Assembly: GCA_964602755.1 (NCBI GenBank)
Contig: CAZRSM010000249.1
Location: 1-28,275 of the forward strand
Source of the DNA: an uncultured Planctomycetales bacterium
GTDB taxonomy: Bacteria; Planctomycetota; Phycisphaerae; UBA1845; Fen-1342
Length of the DNA stretch: 28,275 bases
Reading direction: 5' to 3'
Both the position numbers and the translations under genes were made by a program. Shown here in pieces: positions 16,827-24,650 of the stretch. Every line of letters starts with the position of its first letter. Within the stretch, counting starts at the first letter, position 1. A model generated the notes under the pieces. It searched no databases. It saw only the letters and a list, made by a program, of their open reading frames with translations, and was not told where the DNA came from.

Positions 16827-17235
16827 GGGGAATCTCCATCTATCTGTCGGACCGGATTGAACAAATGGTTGCACACCGCGCGGGGGAGGTCGTGGCGCAC
16901 GAGGTGTTCTGCGCCGCCTCGACCCGACAATGTGAGCTATCGGCGCTTCGCGGGGGTCAGTCCAGCCCGGATCATGCCCGGAACCCGGCACGGCCCCGGG
17001 CTTGCAGGGGCCGGTGGCCTCCGGGCAGATCGGCGGAGTGCCGCCCGGTCGGCGGCCGGCGGGCACCGGTCGCGGTTCGGGGACTCGCGGGCGGCGAGCG
17101 GCGCAGGTTCTGCGCTGGTGGAGTGCGGGATGCCAGGCGGGTTAGTGCGGAGCCGCAGGTGCCAATGGCGACGGGCCGCGCCGCTGCAGCCGGCAGCGCG
17201 GCCCGACAAGTTCTCAGCCAGCGGGCCTGAGCCCG

Positions 17236-17260
17236 CAAGTGCTTGCGATTAACGGACTTG
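17236..17260. promoter_or_regulatory. Dyad CAAGT-N15-ACTTG (copy 1 of 3)
   Basis: The flanks extend to perfect GCAAGT/ACTTGC arms. It overlaps the stop of the small lipoprotein gene and abuts a GCGGGC-CTGA-GCCCGC hairpin (17221-17236). Confidence 0.5.
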
Positions 17261-17455
17261 CCAGCGTGTGAGGCGGCTCTGCCGCTCCACCAGCCAGAGC
17301 GTGTCCCAGTCGTCGACGAGCTGACGCATATCCATGTCGAAGGCCTGGCGGTAAGTATTGCGGCGTTCGGCCTGGGTCTTGACCACGCCCGGGCCGCAGC
17401 CGGCGACCACCAGCGACAAACCGATCAGCACACCGAGTAGCACGCTCTTGCGCAT
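17249..17455 (-). CDS. Small (68 aa) hypothetical lipoprotein
   Basis: MRKSVLLGVLIGLSLVVAGC lipobox, GAGGTG RBS, and its own promoter candidate. Confidence 0.8.
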   Translation of the reverse strand: MRKSVLLGVLIGLSLVVAGCGPGVVKTQAERRNTYRQAFDMDMRQLVDDWDTLWLVERQSRLTRWQVR

Positions 17456-17507
17456 ACACCCACCTCACTCAAGGTTGCGGCATTTCGTTGGTTGTCTGGC
17501 GGGGTCT

Positions 17508-17536
17508 AGTGTTGCCCGTCGGGCGCGGCGTGTCAA
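17508..17536 (-). promoter_or_regulatory. Promoter TTGACA-N17-AACACT for the small lipoprotein gene
   Basis: Perfect -35, partial -10, 17-bp spacer. Confidence 0.5.
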
Positions 17537-17543
17537 CCACCGA

Positions 17544-19244
17544 TCAGCGAATCTTCAGGCCCACCATGGTGATATCGTCGCTCTGCTCGGCCAGGCCGGT
17601 GAAACGCTTGACCTCCCACAGGATGGCGCCCAGGGCGAAGTCGGGATTGCCGGTGTCGACCTCTCGCAGGGCCTTGGCCAGCCGCCCGCGGCCGAACATC
17701 TCCTCGTCGTAGTTGGCGGCCTCGATCAGCCCGTCGGTGTAGAGCAGCACGAAGTCGCCGGGGCTCAGCGCGAGCACGTGCTCGTGGTACGTCTCGCCCG
17801 GCTCGATGCCCAGCGGGAGATCGCCGGCCCCCGGCTGGCGGATGCGCCGCTCGCGCAGCAGAATCAGCGGCTCGTGCCCGGCGTTGACGAAGCGCAGCTC
17901 GCGGCCGCGCGCGTCGACCGTCACCAGCAGCATCGTCACGAACTCGCTGCTGGCAGTCTCGGCCAGGATATGGGCGTTGAGCTGGGCGGCGAGCCGACCC
18001 AGGTCGCTGCAATAGCGGGCCGCCGAGCGCAACGCGGCCCGGGCCGAGGCCATCAGCAGCGCCGCCGGCATGCCGTGGCCCACCACGTCGCCGACCACCG
18101 CCGCCAGTCGACCGTCGGAAAGCGCGAATATGTCGCAGAAATCGCCGCCCACGTGCGAGCTGGGTTCGAAGACCCGCGCCGACTGCACGCGGGGATGTTC
18201 CGGCGGCGGCTGGCGGGTCATGCGCTCCTGCACGGCGCCGGCGGTCTTGAGCTGGCGTTCGAGCAGCGCGCTGCGCAGGCGCTCGCTGAACAGCCGGCTG
18301 TTGACCACCGCCACCGCCGCCTGGGCCGCCACGGCCCGCAGCAGTTTGCGCTGCTGGCTGCGGAAGCGCTTGCGGTGATCGGCGTAGACCCGCAGCACGC
18401 CCACCGGCTCGCCGCGATAGATCATGCCGGCCACCAGGCCGCTGACCACATTGAGCCGCTTGGCCTCGTCGAAGCGCACGCGCGGGTCGGTGCGGGCATC
18501 CTCGATGTAGACCAGCTCGCCGCGCAGGGCCTGATCGTCGATGGGGTTTTCGCTGCGCAGCAGCGTCAGCTCATCGTGGTAGCGCTCGCTGACGTTGTAG
18601 CCGGCCCGCACGGTGAGCTTGTCGGTGGCCGGGTCGTAGAGCCGCAGGCTGCAATACTTGAGGTTCATCACCCTGGCGGTGCGCTCGACGATGTGGTCGA
18701 GCACGGTCTGCAGGTCCTGCTCGCCGCTGAGCAGCTCGCCGATGTCGCCCAGCAGGGCCAGTTCCTCGGCGGCCACGTCGAGGCGGGCTTCGTTCAGGCA
18801 CCAGGCCGCCAGCAGGCGCGACGCCCAGCGCCCCAACACCACCGGCAGCGTGTCGCCCCGGCGTTCGAGCCGCGGGGGCCAGGCGAGCGTGTCGTCCAGC
18901 TCGTCGGTCGGCGTCTGGACCGGATCGTCGCTGCGAAACGGCCCCAGAGCGACGAAACCGCCGACCTTCTGGTTGATGTAGACCGGCACCACCAGCCAGG
19001 CCAGCCCCTCCTGCTCGATGACGGCGACGTTGGCCGGCGGCTCGTGGGCCGGCAGCAGCTTGGTCATCGCCAGCCGTTGGGGAAGCCGCTCGAGCCGCGG
19101 ACCGCTGCGCGGCTCCTGGCCGCCGGGACAGGCGCAGATCAGCCGCCCGCGCGGGCTGAACACCGCCGTCTGCAGGCCGGACGCGGCCGACAGCCCGCTG
19201 AGAAAGTCTTCGAGCACGGCGATGTCGATCAGCTCGCGGATCAT
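17544..19244 (-). CDS. PocR-like sensor / GAF / PP2C (SpoIIE, RsbU-like) serine phosphatase
   Basis: N-terminal LIDIAVLEDFLSGLSAASGL...GLAWLVVPV (PocR-like); GAF region (CSLRLYD, IEDARTDPR, GEPVGVLRVY); PP2C motifs GGDF, GDVVGHG, YTDGL and DDIT. Start at ATG 19244. Confidence 0.9.
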   Translation of the reverse strand: MIRELIDIAVLEDFLSGLSAASGLQTAVFSPRGRLICACPGGQEPRSGPRLERLPQRLAMTKLLPAHEPPANVAVIEQEGLAWLVVPVYINQKVGGFVALGPFRSDDPVQTPTDELDDTLAWPPRLERRGDTLPVVLGRWASRLLAAWCLNEARLDVAAEELALLGDIGELLSGEQDLQTVLDHIVERTARVMNLKYCSLRLYDPATDKLTVRAGYNVSERYHDELTLLRSENPIDDQALRGELVYIEDARTDPRVRFDEAKRLNVVSGLVAGMIYRGEPVGVLRVYADHRKRFRSQQRKLLRAVAAQAAVAVVNSRLFSERLRSALLERQLKTAGAVQERMTRQPPPEHPRVQSARVFEPSSHVGGDFCDIFALSDGRLAAVVGDVVGHGMPAALLMASARAALRSAARYCSDLGRLAAQLNAHILAETASSEFVTMLLVTVDARGRELRFVNAGHEPLILLRERRIRQPGAGDLPLGIEPGETYHEHVLALSPGDFVLLYTDGLIEAANYDEEMFGRGRLAKALREVDTGNPDFALGAILWEVKRFTGLAEQSDDITMVGLKIR

Positions 19245-19281
19245 CGCGTCCGTTCCCCGGAACCTGCCCCGTATTCGGGGC

Positions 19282-19309
19282 AGTCTAGGTCGCCCGGCGC
19301 GGCCCGCAA
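19282..19309 (-). promoter_or_regulatory. Promoter TTGCGG-N16-TAGACT for the PP2C gene, overlapped by an 8-bp inverted repeat (19264-19283)
   Basis: Hexamers read directly; CTGCCCCG-TATT-CGGGGCAG lies over the predicted start site. Confidence 0.45.
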
Positions 19310-19354
19310 GGGTTGTGCGACGCACGGGGCGATTTGACGATAACATGTGCGGCC

Positions 19355-20449
19355 ATGAACACATCGAGAACAGCGCACACATTGATGAGCCTGTCGGTCC
19401 CGTTGCTGAGCGCCGTCGTGGGTTGCGACGGCTTTGCGTACGTCGGCCACGTGGTGCAGGGACAGTTGCGCATCGTGGGCAACGTGGAGCCGATCGACGA
19501 CGTGCTCGCCTCGGGGCGGCTGACCGCCGAGCAGGAGGAAAAGCTGCGCCTGCTGGTGCGCGCCCGCGACTGGGCGGCGCAACACATCGGCCTGCGCGTT
19601 GGCGACTCGTATACCACCTTCTATGACACTTCCGGCGACCCGCTGGCCTGGAACCTCTCGGCCGCCCGCCGCGACCGGCTCGAGGCCAAGACCTGGTGGT
19701 TCCCGTTTCTGGGCGAGGTGCCCTACCTGGCGTTCTTCGACCACGACTACCTCGAGCGGTTCGAGGCCCGGCTGACCGCCCAGGGCTATGACACGCTGAG
19801 CTACGAGCTGGACGCCTACAGCACGCTGGGGGTCTTCGAGGATCCGGTGCGCTCGACCATGTTGCGGCGCGGCAAGCTGTCGCTGGTCGAGACCGTCATC
19901 CACGAGCTGCTGCACAATACGATCTGGCGGACCAATCACGCCGTCTTCAACGAATCGCTGGCGACCTTCGTCGGCCGGCGCGGCGCGGTCGAGTTCCTCG
20001 AGCAGGAGTTCGGCCCCGAATCGGGCTGGGCCGAAACCGCCCGGCTCTACTACGCCGACCTGGACGCGGTCAACGCGTTTCTGGCGGATTTGTACCAGCG
20101 TTTGCGCGACTACTACGGCCAGCCGCTTTCCTCGGACGAGCTGATCGCCGGCCGCGAGGCCATTTTCGCCGCGGCCCGGCAGCGTTTCACGGACGAGATC
20201 CTGCCGACGCTGAGCTACCCCGACTCGTTCGCCGGTTATGCGGAACTGCCGACCAACAACGCCTGGGTGCTGGCTCACCACCGTTACAACCTCGACCTGG
20301 ATGTCTTCGCCGAGGTCTTCGAGGCCACCGGACGCGACTGGTCGGCGGCGCTGGCGGTCTACCGCGCTGCGGCCCGCGCCGCCGACGATCCGTTCGAGTA
20401 TCTGCGCAACTGGCTCGGGCAGCAGGAGCAGGCCGGGGCCGGGCACTGA
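19355..20449 (+). CDS. Putative zinc aminopeptidase (DUF2265/Aminopep family), probable lipoprotein
   Basis: YVGHVVQGQL, WWFPFLGEVPY, AYSTLG, HELLH (HEXXH) and FNESLATFVG; VVGC lipobox-like motif. Confidence 0.9.
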   Translation: MNTSRTAHTLMSLSVPLLSAVVGCDGFAYVGHVVQGQLRIVGNVEPIDDVLASGRLTAEQEEKLRLLVRARDWAAQHIGLRVGDSYTTFYDTSGDPLAWNLSAARRDRLEAKTWWFPFLGEVPYLAFFDHDYLERFEARLTAQGYDTLSYELDAYSTLGVFEDPVRSTMLRRGKLSLVETVIHELLHNTIWRTNHAVFNESLATFVGRRGAVEFLEQEFGPESGWAETARLYYADLDAVNAFLADLYQRLRDYYGQPLSSDELIAGREAIFAAARQRFTDEILPTLSYPDSFAGYAELPTNNAWVLAHHRYNLDLDVFAEVFEATGRDWSAALAVYRAAARAADDPFEYLRNWLGQQEQAGAGH

Positions 20450-20494
20450 CGGGCCGCTGCGCCGCGCGTGTTATCGGGCCCAGGTGGCCTTTCG

Positions 20495-20524
20495 TTGACC
20501 ACGCCGGCGCCGGCGCCATAGGAT
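20495..20524 (+). promoter_or_regulatory. Promoter TTGACC-N18-TAGGAT for the S8 protease gene
   Basis: Near-consensus hexamers about 50 nt upstream of ATG 20575. Confidence 0.6.
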
Positions 20525-20574
20525 GAATGTACACCGGGGTGGCCGGCAGGGGTCGAAAGGAGCGGAGCAAGCCC

Positions 20575-22587
20575 ATGTCCTGCGTTCGCAACTTCTTGCG
20601 TAACATACTCATAGTCTGCTCGACGGCCGGCCTGATCAGCGTCGCATTGGCCGGCGATCCGCGGCCGCAGACGACTCCGCCGACCGACCCGCCGCCAGGC
20701 GCCGCGCGCCTCGACGTCCCCACCACCACCGGCCTGATGAAGTTCCTGGTCAGCGACCCCGACCTGCGCCGCAGCGAAGCCTGGGTGGTGCACCGGGCGC
20801 CCAAGCTGGGCAACTACGATCCGGTCGCCGCCCTGAGCGCCACGCGACACGAGCTGACCAGCCGCGTGATCGTCAAGACCCGCGACGCGGCCCTGCTCGC
20901 AAACCTGGCAGCGCGGCGTGGCGTGGCCGGCGTACGGCCGTTGCTGGCCGGCCGGGGCTACTGGAGCGTCGAGACGGCCTCGGTGCGCGAGGCACTGGCG
21001 CTGGCCAACGACCTGCTGGGCCAGCCGGGCGTCGAAGAAGCAGGGCTCGACCTGCGCCGGCCCTGGAAGCTGCGGTCGCTGCCCGACGACCCGCGGTTCT
21101 ATCTCCAGTGGCATCTCAAGAACGACCTCGACCCACTGTTCGACGTCAACGCCGAGGCCGCCTGGAACCTGGGCATCACCGGACGGGGCGTGGTGATCGG
21201 CATCGTCGAGGACGCCTGGCAGCACAACCATCCCGACCTGGCGGCCAATTTCCTCTCCGCAGCCTCGATGACCGGCACCTACATCAGCAGCCACGCCACC
21301 AGTTGCGCCGGCGTCGCGGCCGCCGTGGCCTACAACGACGTCATGGGTGTCGGCGTGGCCTACGGTGCCTGGCTGTCGAGCCAGATATTCGGCACCGATC
21401 AGGAAACCGCCGATGCGCTGAGCTATCGCAACGATCTCAACGACATCAAGAGCAACTCGTGGGGGCCGGCAGACAACGCCTACGCCCACACCATGCCCTC
21501 GGTCATCCGGGCGGCGATCGAAGACGGGGTGAGAACCGGCCGGGGCGGCCTGGGTGAAGTCTACGTCTGGGCGGCCGGCAACGGCGGCGCGGCCAACGAC
21601 CGCGTCGACTACGACCCCTTCGTCTCCAGCCGCTACACCATCGCGGTGGGCGCCATCGGCGACCAGGACGTGCGCGCCGGCTACAACGAACGCGGCTCCT
21701 CGATGCTGGTGGTGGCGCACTCCAGCGGCAACGTCCGCGGCATCTACACCACCACCTCCAACAGCGGCTGGACCTCGAGCTTCGGGGGCACCAGCGCGGC
21801 CTCGCCGCTGGCGGCCGGCGTGGTGGCTCTGATGCTCGAGGCCAATCCCGGGCTGACCTGGCGCGACGTGCAGCACGTGCTGATCCACTCGGCCCGCAAG
21901 AACGATCCCAACCACCCGGCCTGGGTCGTCAACGGCGGCGGGCTGGCGGTCAACGAGCACTACGGCTTCGGCGCCGTCGACGCCGGCGCCGCGGTAGCGC
22001 TGGCCCAGCAGTGGATCAACGTGCCACACGAGCTGGTGGTCGATACCGGCGTCGTGCCGCTCGATCTGCCGATCCCCGACGGCGACAGCACCGGCGTCGA
22101 CGTGGTGGTCCACATCGACCAGAACATCCGCATCGAGACCGTCGAGCTGATCCTCAACATCGAGACGAACTTCATCGGCGACCTGGAAATCTGGATGACC
22201 GGCCCGTCGGGCGTGCGTTCGACTTTCGCCCGGCAGCGCGCCGCCGACGGCCAGAACGGCTACCACGACTATATCTTCACTTCTTTCCGCCACTGGGGCG
22301 AAGAGTCGGCCGGCGACTGGACCATTCACATCGCCGACCTGCTGCGTCCCGACGCCGCCACCTGGGTCGACTATCGCCTGGTGTTTTACGGCACGCCGGC
22401 CTGCCCCGGCGATCTCGACGGCGACGGCAGTGTGGCCCTGGGCGACATCTACCAGTTGCTGACGGTCTATGGCGTAACCGCGGACGACCCGTCGTTTCCG
22501 CCCGAGGCCGACCTGGACAACGACAACGCGATCGGGCTGGGCGATCTGGCGCGGTTGCTGTCGCGCTACGGCGAGCCGTGCCGGTAA
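20575..22587 (+). CDS. Kexin/furin-like S8 serine protease with prodomain, P-domain and C-terminal dockerin-like domain
   Basis: DDPRFYLQWHL, HATSCAG (His), NSWGP, WAAGNGG (oxyanion Asn), FGGTSAASP (Ser), WRDVQH, YGFGAVDA; P-domain (GDLEI, HWGEESAGDWTI); paired GDLD repeats. The catalytic Asp position reads Glu (IVEDA). Confidence 0.93.
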   Translation: MSCVRNFLRNILIVCSTAGLISVALAGDPRPQTTPPTDPPPGAARLDVPTTTGLMKFLVSDPDLRRSEAWVVHRAPKLGNYDPVAALSATRHELTSRVIVKTRDAALLANLAARRGVAGVRPLLAGRGYWSVETASVREALALANDLLGQPGVEEAGLDLRRPWKLRSLPDDPRFYLQWHLKNDLDPLFDVNAEAAWNLGITGRGVVIGIVEDAWQHNHPDLAANFLSAASMTGTYISSHATSCAGVAAAVAYNDVMGVGVAYGAWLSSQIFGTDQETADALSYRNDLNDIKSNSWGPADNAYAHTMPSVIRAAIEDGVRTGRGGLGEVYVWAAGNGGAANDRVDYDPFVSSRYTIAVGAIGDQDVRAGYNERGSSMLVVAHSSGNVRGIYTTTSNSGWTSSFGGTSAASPLAAGVVALMLEANPGLTWRDVQHVLIHSARKNDPNHPAWVVNGGGLAVNEHYGFGAVDAGAAVALAQQWINVPHELVVDTGVVPLDLPIPDGDSTGVDVVVHIDQNIRIETVELILNIETNFIGDLEIWMTGPSGVRSTFARQRAADGQNGYHDYIFTSFRHWGEESAGDWTIHIADLLRPDAATWVDYRLVFYGTPACPGDLDGDGSVALGDIYQLLTVYGVTADDPSFPPEADLDNDNAIGLGDLARLLSRYGEPCR

Positions 22588-22651
22588 AGCGGTTTCGGGC
22601 GGCCGGGCATTTCTTGCTACAGGAAAATAGGTAGACAGTTTGCGCTTCGCG

Positions 22652-22676
22652 CAGGTCGATAGATCGTAGAGACTTA
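22652..22676. promoter_or_regulatory. Dyad CAGGT-N15-ACTTA (copy 2 of 3)
   Basis: Intergenic between the S8 gene and the lacI-family gene; same spacing as copies 1 and 3. Confidence 0.4.
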
Positions 22677-22867
22677 GCGCGTCAGATCCTGGCGGCGGGC
22701 CGCTGCGTGCGGCCGGCTGCGTACCACAGGGAACCTTTTGGGTTGCGAGGGTTGCAACCTGACTTAGAATTGATGTAGGGGAAAGTGGGTTCGTTTAAGG
22801 CGGTGGGGCAATTCGGCCCTTGCGCGGTCCACCCGGCGACACGTCACGCTGCGCGAAAGGAACCCCG

Positions 22868-23842
22868 ATGCGACGAGTCACTATCAAGGACATATCGCGC
22901 GAGACCGGTCTCTCGCGTGGGACCATCTCCCGTGCGCTCAACGACCGACCCGACATCAGTCTCGAGACCAAGAAACGCGTGATGGAAGCGTGTCGCAAGC
23001 TCAACTACATGCCCAGCCACGCCGCCCGCTCGCTGGCCACCGGCCGCAACTACGCATTGGCCGCGCTGGTGAGCGACATCGCCGAGGAGTTCACCGCTCT
23101 GGTGCTGGCCCTCGCGACCGAACAGGCCATGCAGGCCGGTTATGTCATACACGTATTGCAGACCACGCCCGGGAACGCCGTTCAACACCTCTCGGCCCTG
23201 GCCATCGACCGCATCGACGGCATCCTCAACCTGCTGCCCATCGAGCAGCACCGGGCCCGCTCGCTGGCCGAAGTCGTCGACAAGGTCCCGCTGGTCTCGC
23301 TCGTGACCATCGCCATGGACTGTGACGTGCTCATGCCCGACCGCACCGAGGCGGGTCGCATGGCGGCCCGTTTTCTGTTCAGAAACCAGCGCCGAAGCCT
23401 TCTGGGCCTCTACCACCCCACCGACGGCGCCGCCTGGGCCAGTGGCTTTGAGGAGATCATCAACACCCAGGGCGACGACGCCTGCCGGCTGGCGGCCTGT
23501 CGCGGCGGCGACGAGATCGAGAACCTCCTGCCGTTGATCGAGCAGGCCGACGGCCTGGCCGCCAGCGACGACGCCCTGGCTGCCGCCGCCATGAGCGCCT
23601 GCGAACGTCTCGGCCGGCGGCCCGGTGTCGACGTGGCGGTCATAGGGTGTGGCAACACGCCGCTGGCAGGAAAGCTTTGGCCGGCGCTGACCTCGATCGA
23701 CTACGACGCGCGCGAAATCGCCCGCCGCGCCGTCGAGACACTCCTGCGTCGCATCACCAAGACCGAGACCGGCGAGCACACCAGGCTGCCGGTGGCGCCG
23801 CGGATGGTCGAACGCGCCACTACGGCCTGCTGCGGGCCGTGA
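22868..23842 (+). CDS. LacI-family transcriptional regulator
   Basis: VTIKDISRETGLSRGTISRALN HTH, hinge helix PSHAARSL, and periplasmic-binding-like C-terminus (DVAVIGCGN, PALTSI). Start at ATG 22868. Confidence 0.95.
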   Translation: MRRVTIKDISRETGLSRGTISRALNDRPDISLETKKRVMEACRKLNYMPSHAARSLATGRNYALAALVSDIAEEFTALVLALATEQAMQAGYVIHVLQTTPGNAVQHLSALAIDRIDGILNLLPIEQHRARSLAEVVDKVPLVSLVTIAMDCDVLMPDRTEAGRMAARFLFRNQRRSLLGLYHPTDGAAWASGFEEIINTQGDDACRLAACRGGDEIENLLPLIEQADGLAASDDALAAAAMSACERLGRRPGVDVAVIGCGNTPLAGKLWPALTSIDYDAREIARRAVETLLRRITKTETGEHTRLPVAPRMVERATTACCGP

Positions 23843-23850
23843 ATCCACAC

Positions 23851-23875
23851 CAACTCTTTCAGTGGCAGCAACTTG
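23851..23875. promoter_or_regulatory. Dyad CAACT-N15-ACTTG (copy 3 of 3)
   Basis: Begins 9 bp after the lacI-family stop codon. Confidence 0.45.
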
Positions 23876-24107
23876 CAGCTAATCGCCCTGTTCGACCGCA
23901 GCGCCGCTGTCGACGGACGGCGAGGCGCGGTGCGGTGATCCTGCGAGGTGGATTATGGGGCGTTCGAGCAGCGCCGGCGTTGGTGACGAACACCCCCGGC
24001 CCAGCGACGTAAGCTCTGTGGAGGGCGCAAGCGGGTACGGATCCGGGAACAGCACGGCGACGGCCGACCGGTCCGCGGCGTGCGTCGAGGCCGTCGGGCA
24101 TCGTTCC

Positions 24108-24137
24108 TTGACGGGCGCCGGAGCGCAAGTGTACATT
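24108..24137 (+). promoter_or_regulatory. Promoter TTGACG-N18-TACATT for the hpf-PTS operon
   Basis: Near-consensus hexamers, implying a 5' leader of about 140-145 nt. Confidence 0.65.
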
Positions 24138-24274
24138 CCGGGCGTGGCAAGACTGCCAGGCCAGCGGCGCAGGGACCGCGGCGAGACCTCTATCTGTACG
24201 TGGGCCGTCGGCTCGTGGCAACGCGGGGTCAGAAGGCCGGGGCCGGCGGGTGTGCGCCCGCGGGCGGCCGCACA
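24138..24274 (+). ncRNA. Candidate structured 5' leader RNA upstream of hpf (possibly raiA-motif-like)
   Basis: Multiple stems found by eye: TGGCA-agac-TGCCA; CTCGTG-GCAA-CGCGGG (GNRA loop); GACCTC or GACCGCG pairing with the GGGGTC segment; TGTGCG/CGCACA next to the RBS. No covariance search was run. Confidence 0.4.
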
Positions 24275-24286
24275 GGAGATGCAGCG

Positions 24287-24604
24287 ATGCAGGTAACCGT
24301 AACCGGCAGGCACATGGGAGTTTCCGAATCGCTGGAAGCCTACTGCCTCAAGAAGGTCCCGCGCTTGCAGCGCTTCTACGACCGGGTACACACGGCGGAG
24401 GTGATCATCGACGGCCACAACGGCAAGCACGTGGCCGAGATCATCGTGCGGGCCGAGGGCACGCCGCCGTTCGTGGCCAGCGAAGAGCACGACGACGCAT
24501 TTGCGGCGGTCGACCTGGTACTGGACAAGGTCGAGCGCCAGATTCGGCGGCACAAGGAAAAGGTCCGCAACCGCAAGCACCCGCCCAAGGTGGCGGAAAG
24601 CTGA
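24287..24604 (+). CDS. hpf: Ribosome hibernation factor HPF/RaiA family, short form
   Basis: MQVTVTGRHMGVSESLEAY...KVPRLQRFYD...AEIIV...HDDAFAAVDLVLDKVERQIRRHKEK; about 105 aa with no long-HPF C-terminal domain. AGGAG RBS. Confidence 0.93.
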   Translation: MQVTVTGRHMGVSESLEAYCLKKVPRLQRFYDRVHTAEVIIDGHNGKHVAEIIVRAEGTPPFVASEEHDDAFAAVDLVLDKVERQIRRHKEKVRNRKHPPKVAES

Positions 24605-24650
24605 GTCGGCAGCGGCGGCGGGACGAGATTCGAGGCCGGGAGAACTGTAG

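Noticed and set aside
16860-16945. AATGTGAGC (lac-operator-like half-site) and an ECF-like GCAACC...CGAC upstream of the large lipoprotein
   Set aside because: No matching second half-site, and the spacing is ambiguous.
15171-22329. Long ORFs 15171..17252, 17358..19337, 19241..20446 and 20359..22329
   Set aside because: Each is the antisense mirror of a motif-supported gene and has no independent motifs.
22750-22759. Palindrome GGTTGCAACC upstream of the lacI-family gene as its auto-operator
   Set aside because: Only 10 bp, and its centre is GC rather than the CG typical of LacI operators. It could still be a site for another factor.
24138-24286. hpf leader as a SAM-I, TPP, cobalamin, glycine, c-di-GMP or fluoride riboswitch, or as SRP RNA
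   Set aside because: The diagnostic conserved blocks of those classes were not found by eye.
23955-24296. 113-aa ORF in the lacI-hpf gap
   Set aside because: Ser/Gly/Ala/Arg-rich with no RBS or motif, and it spans the hpf promoter.
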